64,000 nucleotides of DNA, from positions 6,787 to 70,786 of IMG/VR virus record IMGVR_UViG_3300029288_000163, one strand, 5' to 3'. This document shows, one piece after another, positions 15,459 to 25,455 of this stretch. The DNA comes from a virus (lineage: Duplodnaviria > Caudoviricetes). How positions within the stretch are numbered: position 1 is the first letter of the stretch; every line of letters begins with the position of its first letter. Position numbers and translations under genes: made by a program. The notes beneath the pieces are model-generated. The model had not been told where the DNA came from and made no database searches. It saw only the letters and a program-made list of their open reading frames with translations.

Positions 15459-18275
15459 TTACTTTATTCCCTGTGCTTTAATTTGCTCAAGCTCATCTTC
15501 CAGGGAGTCTAAAACATCTGTATTTTGCTTTTCTCCCCACCATTCATTTGTCTCATCCTCCAGTACAAACAAAGGCGGGAAAGCAAAAGCTCTTGAAACC
15601 ATTTGTTGATACACATCTGGTGCATATTCAGCTAAATCATTATATAATTGATCAACACGTTCCGGACCCCATTTAGACGTATCCTGGCTTTTTGGTTCAT
15701 CCGGAGTTGCATCCTCTCCAAATAGCTCTTTCTTCCAATTATGGTCATAATCTGGAGGACCGGCTTTCTTATCAAAAGGGCGCTTCACCGATTTCTTTCC
15801 AATTCCCTTCAAAATAGGCTTGACGTCCTTATTCTTCGTTTCCTTTGGGCCACTATGAAGATCCTTGTCGCGAGCGTCCCAAGTAGCTTTCCATGGATCA
15901 TCAATACTGGGATCTTTCTCCATGTTATTGAAAATCTGTGCGTACTTCTTGCCAGGAGGAAGAATACGTAGACAAGATGCAGACCACATTTTCTTGAATG
16001 TTGAGTTAAGAGGCTGAATATCATCTAAAGCAACACGGTACTCATAGCCCCGTGCTTTTACAATTGCGCTATTCTCAGCTTTGTTAACCTCAACAATTGT
16101 TCCACGAATTGCACCGTCATGGCCTTGGAACTTTACGGAATCCCCAGCTTCCATTGGCGTTTTCGTACCGTCGTAAATATGGGCGTCATCTACTGCTTCA
16201 TCCATTACTTCTTGCCATTCATCCTCAACTTGTGCCGTCTTGTCTCTGCCCCTATTATTCGAACCATAAGGATTGAGCACATAGCCGTCATTGACCAAAT
16301 GGGTTGCCCAAGCATCTTGCGAAGCTGTTGATACTACTTCAAGAATATAATTACGCAATACATGAATCCAGGAACGTGGGAATGTGTCTTTTCCCTCGTC
16401 TTGGGCTTTGTCCATAAGCTCCTTGACTTTTTCGTAACCGCCTGGGACATGAGTGCCCATTGAGGCAACGCGGGAAGCTTGATGACCACCAGTCCAATCC
16501 TTGAATGTGTGGTAGAAATCATCCTCGTCATCGTCCTGCGGGTCCATACCCCACATACTCAGGCCTTCAGCAGATGAATCAGCAAACTCTAACTGCTCTG
16601 GTGTATACTTCTCAAAATACTCATCATCCGTATCACCGGGCTTCAACGTAAGGAAGCCAAGAAGGCCACGAACTGTATCATCTGAGTCAATCGCGTGCAT
16701 GGGAGATGGGCTATAATCGTCCCCTGAGAAAACTACATTTCCTTGTGGATCAGAGAATGTGTAACGAATGTAGTTCCTTCTCTGGCCACGTTCGTACTTT
16801 TCCCCATTATCCCACATTTGCAAACGGTATCCATCAATATCTACGTCTCTTAGCAAAGATTCGTCATCTTCCTGAGCCTTCTTTGCAAAATGATTTAGAT
16901 CAAGGTCGGAATCTTCTTTAGTATCTGAAGACTCCTCTCCATATGCTCCGTACCCATCTCGTTCATATGAGAACTTTAGCCAATTACGCGGTATAACTTC
17001 CTTAAGTCCTCGAATAATTGATTCATCTGACTTAGCGGATTCTGTGGAAGTTACATAAACATAATCCTCTTCCCAATGCGCCACTTGTTCCCCGCCCAGG
17101 CCCATCTTCTCCAGCACTTGCCCATCAGTTGTCAGCCATTTTCCATCAGCCGGTTGCTTCTCTGAAAAAGCTTCAAGAACCTTCTTATCAATTGGGGGAA
17201 GTGCAGCCCTCTTGACTCTTGCCCTCAAAGGCTCATTCTGGAATTTCTTTGCATCATCCATATCCGCCATTGGTTCATTCGGCGTAATCTTGTCGGTAAG
17301 GTCGGACTCCGCATCCTTATCCAAATCACTAACAACGCCAATTTGTCTGGGGTCTACACCAAAGTAAGTCGTTTGATCTTCATCACTAATAAAGGGGAAA
17401 CCTTCTTTTACGTGCTTTGGTGTCTCTGCAAACTTGTTGTAATATTCAAGACCATTTGCCAAATCAATTGGGTCAAGATCTTCAAACTTAGATCCAATAA
17501 AGTTAGCAAGATCCGTCCAGTCAAGTTCTATATCATTTTCAATATTGTACTGCATATAACCAACAATTTCACCACCAATTTGTTCCGCTACTGCACTGGC
17601 GCTACCAAAATATGCCTTCTTATATGTCCTTCTAATGGTTGAAACTGGACCAATTCCCTCACGGGCTTGATAACCAATCTCGTTCCTAAGTTCTGTGGCA
17701 CTTTCTCTTTCGTCCCTGGTAAGAGGTGCGCTGAATTGCTTACGAACCGGGATGAGTTCGTAAGAGCTTGCACGTTGGACCATAGCATTAACTGACGACT
17801 GAGCCAATACAATATCCCGGCCATTGAACTTGATTACCGATGGAGGTAATACTTTCCCACTAACCACTTGGACCGGAACGTCAAATGATTGCTTAAGCCC
17901 ACCAACAGTAGCGAACTTGCACATTAATACAATCGTCCCGCTTAATACATCATCAGTTGTCCCAGCAGTCTTTACATTCTTTACACCAAGGTACGTAATA
18001 GCTGGCGAAATTGGGAAATCGAATTGGTCAATAACTTCCCGCGCCGTTAGAATAGCTGTTTTAATCAGATCAGGCAATTTCTTTGAATTGTTCAAAAGTC
18101 CCAGTCTATTGGCACTGGAGAACATATCTGACAAATTGGGTTTGCCAGTTGAATCACCTAGATCAATAGACTGTGCGTGCTTACGAATACGCTTTTCCTT
18201 AGCTGCGCTCTTCTTCTTGGCGTCTTTAAACCAAGGATGATTTTTCACATGTTCTTTATCCATAAGATTTGTCAT
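15459..18275 (-). CDS. Large modular acidic protein, putative virion-internal polyprotein
   Basis: 938 aa; about 8 K/R-x-A junctions. Confidence 0.6.
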   Translation of the reverse strand: MTNLMDKEHVKNHPWFKDAKKKSAAKEKRIRKHAQSIDLGDSTGKPNLSDMFSSANRLGLLNNSKKLPDLIKTAILTAREVIDQFDFPISPAITYLGVKNVKTAGTTDDVLSGTIVLMCKFATVGGLKQSFDVPVQVVSGKVLPPSVIKFNGRDIVLAQSSVNAMVQRASSYELIPVRKQFSAPLTRDERESATELRNEIGYQAREGIGPVSTIRRTYKKAYFGSASAVAEQIGGEIVGYMQYNIENDIELDWTDLANFIGSKFEDLDPIDLANGLEYYNKFAETPKHVKEGFPFISDEDQTTYFGVDPRQIGVVSDLDKDAESDLTDKITPNEPMADMDDAKKFQNEPLRARVKRAALPPIDKKVLEAFSEKQPADGKWLTTDGQVLEKMGLGGEQVAHWEEDYVYVTSTESAKSDESIIRGLKEVIPRNWLKFSYERDGYGAYGEESSDTKEDSDLDLNHFAKKAQEDDESLLRDVDIDGYRLQMWDNGEKYERGQRRNYIRYTFSDPQGNVVFSGDDYSPSPMHAIDSDDTVRGLLGFLTLKPGDTDDEYFEKYTPEQLEFADSSAEGLSMWGMDPQDDDEDDFYHTFKDWTGGHQASRVASMGTHVPGGYEKVKELMDKAQDEGKDTFPRSWIHVLRNYILEVVSTASQDAWATHLVNDGYVLNPYGSNNRGRDKTAQVEDEWQEVMDEAVDDAHIYDGTKTPMEAGDSVKFQGHDGAIRGTIVEVNKAENSAIVKARGYEYRVALDDIQPLNSTFKKMWSASCLRILPPGKKYAQIFNNMEKDPSIDDPWKATWDARDKDLHSGPKETKNKDVKPILKGIGKKSVKRPFDKKAGPPDYDHNWKKELFGEDATPDEPKSQDTSKWGPERVDQLYNDLAEYAPDVYQQMVSRAFAFPPLFVLEDETNEWWGEKQNTDVLDSLEDELEQIKAQGIK

Positions 18276-18601
18276 TTTTTCTCTCGCTTTGCTACTTGTC
18301 CCAGAACTATTTTACCTTGCTTAATCGTTGCCCGATTACTCACACCGTCTGCCTTTTCTGGCCCAGCCTTTTGCGATACGGGTTCTGTCCCCCACGGCCT
18401 GTCAATTGCTACGATCATTGAAGTCCGTATCGTGGCTTCTATTGTATCACCTGTTTTGCTAGGAAATATAAAGTGGAGTACCGAATTCTGCTCAATCTCG
18501 TTCCATACCTCTTTTAATGAGGAAAAGGGTAGAAGAGCTATTAATTGATGGCTCCCGGCAAAGAATCGGTATGCGTACAACTTCTCTTGTTTGAGTTTCA
18601 T
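18272..18601 (-). CDS. Hypothetical protein
   Basis: AGGAG RBS; overlap coupling. Confidence 0.55.
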   Translation of the reverse strand: MKLKQEKLYAYRFFAGSHQLIALLPFSSLKEVWNEIEQNSVLHFIFPSKTGDTIEATIRTSMIVAIDRPWGTEPVSQKAGPEKADGVSNRATIKQGKIVLGQVAKREKK

Positions 18602-18619
18602 GGTGGGATTAAACTCCTT

Positions 18620-19216
18620 TTAGATCATGTCGGCAAGCGCTGCGACTAAGCTAATATCTGCTTCCTTCTCCTCTTCAAGTTCTTTTAAATCTCTTTTTGA
18701 TACTGCGGAAAGTAGAACACGCTCACCAATAGCTACGTCATTATTTAAACACCAACCACCAGATACTTCAATAACGCCATCGCACTCTTCGCAAGACCAT
18801 CTATCATCATGGCCAACTCTTGTGTTTTCCTCTAATTGAATTATCTGGCCATCACAAAGAAATATGAGATCAAGACTGAAAGGAACACTGCCTTGGTGGA
18901 AAGTAACATCAGTAAATGGTTCATAAGGAAAGTACAAGCCGCAATCTTCATCTAACGCTTTATGTCGTTGTAAACCAATCTTTTTCTTTTCCGGGGTATC
19001 AGCTAATGCACAACGAATTTTGACATCACGTTCAACCCAAAGAGCATTAACGCGAGCAACGTGTGAAAAGTGATTTTTCTTGATATTAGGAACAGATCCA
19101 GCTTCGTATAAGGTAACAGTTTGACCGTCGGGAGCAAGCAACCCGAAATCCTCAGAATAATTTAAGGAGTGAGATTTTAATAGCATCCTATTAATTCTTC
19201 TTAGCTGGCCTTCCAC
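18620..19216 (-). CDS. DUF192-family protein
   Basis: ADTPEKKKIGL ... GLYF ... FSLDLIF ... VIEVSGG. Confidence 0.75.
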   Translation of the reverse strand: MEGQLRRINRMLLKSHSLNYSEDFGLLAPDGQTVTLYEAGSVPNIKKNHFSHVARVNALWVERDVKIRCALADTPEKKKIGLQRHKALDEDCGLYFPYEPFTDVTFHQGSVPFSLDLIFLCDGQIIQLEENTRVGHDDRWSCEECDGVIEVSGGWCLNNDVAIGERVLLSAVSKRDLKELEEEKEADISLVAALADMI

Positions 19217-19739
19217 GATGACGCTTCTCTACCGGCATTTCTTCTTCTGCGGGTGCTTCTGCGGGTGCCTCTACGGGTTCCTTAGCCAATTCTTCAACGG
19301 GCTGATCAATTACTGGTTCCTCAGTAACAGTTTCCTCAACGGGTTCTTCACCAACTACTAAATCAACCGCTACCATACCTTCTGGAACTTCCATATCAGG
19401 ATCTTCCTCAACCAATGGAACCTCAATTAGCTTTTCTTCAATTGGCTTTGTCTCAATTACTTTGCTTGAATCTTCCATTACCTGTATAATACGTTGCCCA
19501 ATCAATTTCGTAAGCTCTGACTGATCTTTTAATTCTGCGATTGATAATCCAGTAACCTTTACGAGATCCTTTGAGCAAGCATTAGCGATATTTACGTTAA
19601 TTGCCGCTGAACGAAGTGCTCTTTTGTAATTGCATACATTCATTCCGTCAGTTTTATCAATATTTTTATAAACATTGAACGAACATGGGCCGCGTTTATC
19701 GCCAACACCAGTATTGAGAATAACGTACTTTTCAGTCAT
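19191..19739 (-). CDS. Hypothetical protein with acidic E/P-rich tail and terminal RGRP
   Basis: ORF composition. Confidence 0.6.
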   Translation of the reverse strand: MTEKYVILNTGVGDKRGPCSFNVYKNIDKTDGMNVCNYKRALRSAAINVNIANACSKDLVKVTGLSIAELKDQSELTKLIGQRIIQVMEDSSKVIETKPIEEKLIEVPLVEEDPDMEVPEGMVAVDLVVGEEPVEETVTEEPVIDQPVEELAKEPVEAPAEAPAEEEMPVEKRHRGRPAKKN

Positions 19740-19756
19740 ATTGTCTTTGTCCTTTG

Positions 19757-20029
19757 TTAGCCATTAACCACTTCAGCGCCAACAAGCATACCCTGCTCAA
19801 CCAAAGGATCAAGCAACCCCTGTAGCGAGGAAGCTAGCTCATTAGCCGAACCTTCATCCGCCATATCAAACATAATACCGCCTTGCCCACCTAGATATAG
19901 ATCAACAGCAAAAACCTCAGATCCATCAGACAAAGTTGAAGGCTTAACAGAAACCCTAATCTTTGTTCCTTCTTGAGCAGTTTTTGCTATTCTTTCTAAG
20001 CTAGAATCACTAAGTCCCTTTTTCCACAT
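19757..20029 (-). CDS. Small protein with shared MWKKG leader
   Basis: MWKKGLSDSSLERIAKTAQEG. Confidence 0.65.
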   Translation of the reverse strand: MWKKGLSDSSLERIAKTAQEGTKIRVSVKPSTLSDGSEVFAVDLYLGGQGGIMFDMADEGSANELASSLQGLLDPLVEQGMLVGAEVVNG

Positions 20030-20051
20030 TGTCTTTTCCTTTGTTTGTTGG

Positions 20052-22682
20052 TTATTTAAAAAGTGTGCCGAAATTGCCGCGCTGAAGACCGAATAGTTTA
20101 CTCGCTTGATCTGGAGTAATTCCTAGTTCGGTTAGCAAACGCTGTAGTAACTGCGACACTTTAGCAGTTCCGACTTCATTCGGTGTCGCGGCATTTACTT
20201 GCATTTGCTGAACCTCTTGGAGAATCTGAAACGCTTGCTGCTCTTGTCCACCACCAGCTTGACCAGGATCGGCTGCTGGGCCACCTGCGGGCTTGGCTGG
20301 TCCCTTTGGTGCTGCTGGTGTTGCGGGGGCCTTGCCGGGAGCTGCGGGCGATTGAGGGGCTTCCTGGGCTGGTGCAGCGGGGGCCTCCTCAGTTTCTGGT
20401 AAAGGGGCGGCTTGTGCTTTCTTACCCTTTTTAATACCCTTAACAGCCTTTGGAGACGGAGCTGACGGTGCTGGAGGTGCTGGTTCCGATCCTGGTGCTG
20501 CTGGACTCTGTGGACCGGCAGGGGGTGTTCCTGGACCACCCGGAGCAGGAGTCTTCGGTGCAGGCGTCTTTGGCTGCATTTGTGGCTTCTGCTCTGTACC
20601 CGGCTTAGTTAGCTTGATTTGAAGAATGCCCTTCTTCTGTTCATCGGTCATCGATTGAACGTCTTCTGCTGTCCACCCTAATGCTTGGATACCTGCATCG
20701 CCTACGCCCGGTTGCAAGCCTTGTGGAGCCTTTGGAGCCGGTGCCTTGGGGGCAGGAGCAGCAGGTTGTCCACCGGGAGCAGGAGCCGCCCCAGGACCGC
20801 CAGGAGCCGCAGGAGCAGGTGCAGCAGGGGTTGCTGGGGGAGGAGCAGCTTGGCCCCTCTTACCCTTATCCAACATCTTCTTTGGATTCTTACCTTTTGG
20901 AGCTACACCATCATCCTTGGTAAGCTCTTTCCCATACTCGCCAAAATAATTGTTAATCGTTTCCTTGGCCTCTTCATCAACGGCTTCTACGTCGGCGGAT
21001 TGGGCCATTTTAGTTTTAGTTTCAGGGTTTAAGCCTAACTTCTGCATAGTCCAATCAAACTTATTCGCCTTCTCTGGGCCAGCCATCATTTTAACAGCGT
21101 CCAGAACTTCAAAAAAATTAACTTTTCCGCTATTGATTGCTTCCCTGCAATCTGAAATGTTCCCATTAATATAGGATTCAGCCCAATATTCTGGGTTAGT
21201 TTCCCAATCAGAGTCATCATCGAATTGAGCCTTCTTCGCCGTAATAGGAGCAGCCCCGGCACCTTCTTGAACGGGCTGTTGCTGGGCTTCTGCATCTTTA
21301 TCTTCGGGCATTGCTGGCTTGAACTTTGCCCAATCTACATCTTCCCCACCAAACCCTTGAACCAATGCGTGCAATTCTTCAGCAGATTCCGACTCGATTT
21401 CCCGGTGATATCCACCATCATTTAGCCATTTTTCACGAAGCTTTGGGCCAGCAGTGCGTAATGATTTCTTCCCACCAACGGCCCTGTCTTCTTCCTCATC
21501 CCGATTAGGTTTTTCGTATGGACGGAAATATTTATTATATTGCTCGTTCTCTGTTATATCCTCGTCGTCTTCAGCACCAATTTGCCCACCAACCCCCGGA
21601 CCTTCACTAAAATTGCCTTTACCTTTACCGGGCATTCCTGGACCACGCTTTGGCCGATTTTTGTCCATCTGAGCCAAACGTTGCGTGGCTTCCCATTCGT
21701 CAGCATTTAGGATACCATTAAGAAGCTCTTTGGAGACTTTCTTTGCATTCAGCTTACGATATATTTCGCTGGGATCGGGGCCATTAGCGAAAGTGTCTTG
21801 AATTTTAGAGTTCTTGGAAGCATAGTGATCTTCATCAACCCCGCCCCCACCTTCACCCACCTCATACAGATAAGCTACTAGTTCCTCAATTTCATCAGCG
21901 TCACCCTCATCACCTTTATTCAAACCATTTTCAGTTCTATATTGCAAATAGGTCTTATGCTTTTCCAGTTCCTTAATTGCCCGTGATACAGCATCAGCAG
22001 GAACACCATGACCGCCCAGCCAATTTGACCCAACCTCATATAAGGCAGTATTCATCCCCCCATGATATGTAAGAAGCAAGTCACCTATTTCCGTATCCCC
22101 AAATACTTTCCCTTCATCAGAATCCGGTACCCCACCCATCGTGTATGGATGAGCTTGTGCCTTCTTACCAGTTCTCCCGTCACTCTGTACATTAACAACT
22201 TTATTATCGAACTTTGTTGAATTACCTGAAGAGTCTGAGCCAAGGTCCGTATCAGTTAAACCTTCGTCATCAGGAGTCATGTCCTTATTAATGGAAGGAG
22301 TAGCAAATGCTTCGTCCATTGATGTGTCACTGCCAAGAGATTTGTCAGTAAATGAACCATCTGGTTTGGGGGTTTTATTAACCGAAGGATCAAACTTCTT
22401 TGGCGACTTACCTGAAGTATCCTTACCCAAAGAACCATCAGAAGTTGATTTTGGCGCATTGGTTTCATTAACCCCAGGAGCCATTACATCAGCCTGCTTA
22501 CAGAAGTCTTTAACCGCTTTGTCAAGGAATGCCAAAGTAGTTTCCCGACCCTCGCCCTTTGGTGGCCAGATCTGTACTTTATCGTCTTGACTGATTTTGA
22601 TGATCCAACCCCTACGAGTTTGGAAATCTTTACCGTTTAGTAGAGCAGTTTTTACTACGGATTCAATCTTTGTCATTTTCAT
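20052..22682 (-). CDS. Large modular protein with internal repeats and Pro/Ala-rich linkers
   Basis: 876 aa; three D..LG.D(T/S)S repeats; KxAQ junctions. Confidence 0.65.
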   Translation of the reverse strand: MKMTKIESVVKTALLNGKDFQTRRGWIIKISQDDKVQIWPPKGEGRETTLAFLDKAVKDFCKQADVMAPGVNETNAPKSTSDGSLGKDTSGKSPKKFDPSVNKTPKPDGSFTDKSLGSDTSMDEAFATPSINKDMTPDDEGLTDTDLGSDSSGNSTKFDNKVVNVQSDGRTGKKAQAHPYTMGGVPDSDEGKVFGDTEIGDLLLTYHGGMNTALYEVGSNWLGGHGVPADAVSRAIKELEKHKTYLQYRTENGLNKGDEGDADEIEELVAYLYEVGEGGGGVDEDHYASKNSKIQDTFANGPDPSEIYRKLNAKKVSKELLNGILNADEWEATQRLAQMDKNRPKRGPGMPGKGKGNFSEGPGVGGQIGAEDDEDITENEQYNKYFRPYEKPNRDEEEDRAVGGKKSLRTAGPKLREKWLNDGGYHREIESESAEELHALVQGFGGEDVDWAKFKPAMPEDKDAEAQQQPVQEGAGAAPITAKKAQFDDDSDWETNPEYWAESYINGNISDCREAINSGKVNFFEVLDAVKMMAGPEKANKFDWTMQKLGLNPETKTKMAQSADVEAVDEEAKETINNYFGEYGKELTKDDGVAPKGKNPKKMLDKGKRGQAAPPPATPAAPAPAAPGGPGAAPAPGGQPAAPAPKAPAPKAPQGLQPGVGDAGIQALGWTAEDVQSMTDEQKKGILQIKLTKPGTEQKPQMQPKTPAPKTPAPGGPGTPPAGPQSPAAPGSEPAPPAPSAPSPKAVKGIKKGKKAQAAPLPETEEAPAAPAQEAPQSPAAPGKAPATPAAPKGPAKPAGGPAADPGQAGGGQEQQAFQILQEVQQMQVNAATPNEVGTAKVSQLLQRLLTELGITPDQASKLFGLQRGNFGTLFK

Positions 22683-22727
22683 TACTCCATACGAATGCTG
22701 GACATTTTAAAAACCTTATGGAACCTA

Positions 22728-23954
22728 TTATACGAGATCTTCGTCAGGGTCTTCACCATCATCTTCAGTCTCATCTTTAGCGTCATTAATAAAATCATCT
22801 TCCTCAGATTCTTCTTCAGGGCCGTCAAAAAACTCTAGTTCAGGGTTAAAATACCAAGCATACTTTTCATCAACGCCCTCTGTAGCGTCAAAGGGTAAAT
22901 TAGAATACCCACCAAAAGACATTGGTTCCCCAGCTTCAAGAGCGTCTAAGATAAATTGATGTCCTTCAGATCCCTTTTCAACAAAAACAGAACCAACTAA
23001 ATCATCACGACTATCATGGCCCTCGTCTCTAGCGTTTCCTACATTCTTTTTAAGCCAACGCAGCATATTTCGCTCAATTTGCATAGCGGCCTGAGTAATG
23101 CCCTCTGAATCTAGGGTACTACTGTGTGGGTGCTCATCATCGTCTGCATCTTCCATAAAACCATCAATAATAGCAAACCCGTAGTTTAATTCATTCTGGG
23201 ATTGGGCCGTATGGAAAGGCTTATCCTGCATCCTTAACTTGAGATCCCTGTTATAATTTTCTTCATCAAGGCCCTTTTCTCTATCCCGTTGTACCTTTAA
23301 CTTTTCTTCCTCTTCGGGCGTTCGTTCAAAAGGGCGTTCATCGTCCCCATTAACCAAGGCTAGGATGAATTGACGTGCCTTTTTGCAATTTGGCGAATTT
23401 GATTGCAGGCCGTTTTCTAGAATAACTCTTTCGTAATCAGCCTGGGAACCGATGTCTTGAGCAAGAGCAGCTAATTTTGAGATTTCCAAAGAAAGATACC
23501 CACTCTCACCGATCTTTTCCAATACTTCACACACTGCGGACCTGGGGTAATTTTTGCGGAAATGGTCATTTAGTGCAGTGAATTTAGCTGAAGTAATCGA
23601 AGCTGTACGATCCTTGCGCCACATGGAAGTAAGCATTGTTTCCAAAGCGCGGACCCCTATGTCATTTTCGCTAACCTTGGCTTGCTTAACTACCTGAAGT
23701 GCCGAAAATACGTCAGTAATTGGCATATGCGCGTTCTCTTCAGTAGCCATTTGCTCAAGCTCTTGGGCAAGGAGGCGCTTTACGTGCTCGATATGGGGAA
23801 TATTCGTCTCGAAAGCTTGCTCATTGTCTAGATCAGCTTGCCTACGCTGTGCTACAACTGGTGCGTAGAGCTTTTCTAAACGAGAAACGCTGAGATCCCG
23901 TACTGACTGTTGAGAATAGTTAGCTAAAAGTTGCCGAGTCTTATAAAGTGCCAT
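22728..23954 (-). CDS. Hypothetical protein, possibly head-associated
   Basis: 408 aa; RQAD and HTAQ junctions; acidic tail. Confidence 0.6.
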   Translation of the reverse strand: MALYKTRQLLANYSQQSVRDLSVSRLEKLYAPVVAQRRQADLDNEQAFETNIPHIEHVKRLLAQELEQMATEENAHMPITDVFSALQVVKQAKVSENDIGVRALETMLTSMWRKDRTASITSAKFTALNDHFRKNYPRSAVCEVLEKIGESGYLSLEISKLAALAQDIGSQADYERVILENGLQSNSPNCKKARQFILALVNGDDERPFERTPEEEEKLKVQRDREKGLDEENYNRDLKLRMQDKPFHTAQSQNELNYGFAIIDGFMEDADDDEHPHSSTLDSEGITQAAMQIERNMLRWLKKNVGNARDEGHDSRDDLVGSVFVEKGSEGHQFILDALEAGEPMSFGGYSNLPFDATEGVDEKYAWYFNPELEFFDGPEEESEEDDFINDAKDETEDDGEDPDEDLV

Positions 23955-24014
23955 GTTGAAAAACCCCTTTCAAGTGTTACTTCAGCCACTTTAGCATGAA
24001 GATTTTTGGGGGCC

Positions 24015-24290
24015 TTAAACGGTTGTTAATTCTTTTTGCTCTAAAGGAACAAGATCACGCAAAAGGAAGACTTTGTTGCAGGAACCGCATTTTACTTCCA
24101 GCGGCAGGCTCCCGAATATTGTTGAAAGTTGGGCTTGACAGCACGGGCTTGTTAGTTCTCCACAATCTTCTTCAGTGTCCCCGTCAGCACAAGGATCGGC
24201 CAGCTTTTTGAGGAAGTGTTGGATGGGATTGGGGGTATCCTTATTAGAGAAATCAGCTAAGGTTGAGAAAGGGGAAAGGGGATTAGTCAT
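24015..24290 (-). CDS. Small zinc-ribbon protein
   Basis: SPCC ... CGSC. Confidence 0.55.
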   Translation of the reverse strand: MTNPLSPFSTLADFSNKDTPNPIQHFLKKLADPCADGDTEEDCGELTSPCCQAQLSTIFGSLPLEVKCGSCNKVFLLRDLVPLEQKELTTV

Positions 24291-25452
24291 TTTTAGGTGC
24301 CTCTTCCTTATACTTCCAGATGAAGCCGCCGCCTGTTTTTAAACTGCCTCCACAAGTCTTAGAAATAGAACTATAACCCACACCACTTTTTCTAGAAGCT
24401 TCCGCAATAGAGGGAAATTCGCCCAGTATTGTCCCCTCAGTATCTAACCAAACAACTGCCCTTTCTTGCTTATTCTCAGGGCCGTGTTTTCTCTCCATAC
24501 GAAAGTCATCCTCATTTTTGAAACGCCACATAAAACCCCCGTGAGGGGTCGTTTGTTCACCGCGACACACTAAAGAAATAGATTTAAGACCTAAACCACA
24601 TTTTTCTGCGGCCTCGGATACAGAAGAAAACTCCTCTAAAATATTTCCATCAAGATCTAGTTTCAAAATGGCTTTTCTATTATAGCCGTCATGCCCCATC
24701 ATAAGTTTGGACATCTTTAGCTTTGTTTTTTCAGTTGCCTTCCGACCCTTCTGCCTATCTGACATTATTTTTTTAGTTTCCTCACTTGCACAAGATCTAG
24801 GTTTTGCTTTTGCTTCTCCTGCAAACCTCCAGCCCCACCCAGCACAAGATTTACCCTTTCCAGTACATACCCTTGAAATACTTGCATTATGCGTGTCATG
24901 TGCTCTTGCAGCAGCAGAAAGAGAGGGATACTCGCAAATTACATTTCCGTCTTTGTCCAACTGTTGAACCGGACGTTCTTTTGCTCTTGCATTATTCGCA
25001 TTTGCTTCGGCAGATTTCTTAAGACCAGTTAAAGCTTTACTAATTTTATCACAACGTTCCTGTGTAAATTTGCGTCCTTTGTTTGCAGCAGAAATTCTTT
25101 CCCGATGTTCTATTTCTAAAGGGTGGCTTCTTCCTCCACCCGAAGTCAAATTATAACCTTTTTGTGGAATATTACTTTGATACTGCTTTATATAAAATCT
25201 TTCTTTTTCATCCAACTCTTTTTCGGAAAAACACTCCTCCACAACTTCCCAGAGAAAAGCATCAGGACCATATTTGTTCATTGCATTCTGAAAATAATAT
25301 CTATATTTGGGAATAGTCCTACTTACACTAACATGTTTTGAAATTCTATCTTTCAGGGTACCAGAAGTTATACCAATATAAACTTTTCCATTAATTGTAT
25401 TGGTTGCTTTATATACAAGACCGAAGATAGGAGGTTTGATGACACCTGGCAT
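24283..25452 (-). CDS. GIY-YIG homing endonuclease with NUMOD3 and three NUMOD1-like repeats
   Basis: GLVYK ... KVYIG; GYNLTSGG; repeated E(F/Y).S...AA ... GG..W motif. Confidence 0.9.
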   Translation of the reverse strand: MPGVIKPPIFGLVYKATNTINGKVYIGITSGTLKDRISKHVSVSRTIPKYRYYFQNAMNKYGPDAFLWEVVEECFSEKELDEKERFYIKQYQSNIPQKGYNLTSGGGRSHPLEIEHRERISAANKGRKFTQERCDKISKALTGLKKSAEANANNARAKERPVQQLDKDGNVICEYPSLSAAARAHDTHNASISRVCTGKGKSCAGWGWRFAGEAKAKPRSCASEETKKIMSDRQKGRKATEKTKLKMSKLMMGHDGYNRKAILKLDLDGNILEEFSSVSEAAEKCGLGLKSISLVCRGEQTTPHGGFMWRFKNEDDFRMERKHGPENKQERAVVWLDTEGTILGEFPSIAEASRKSGVGYSSISKTCGGSLKTGGGFIWKYKEEAPKND

Positions 25453-25455
25453 AAA

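Noticed and set aside
24283-25452. Group I intron around the GIY-YIG gene
   Set aside because: Flanking genes abut or overlap it and no intron core sequence fits, so it is treated as free-standing.
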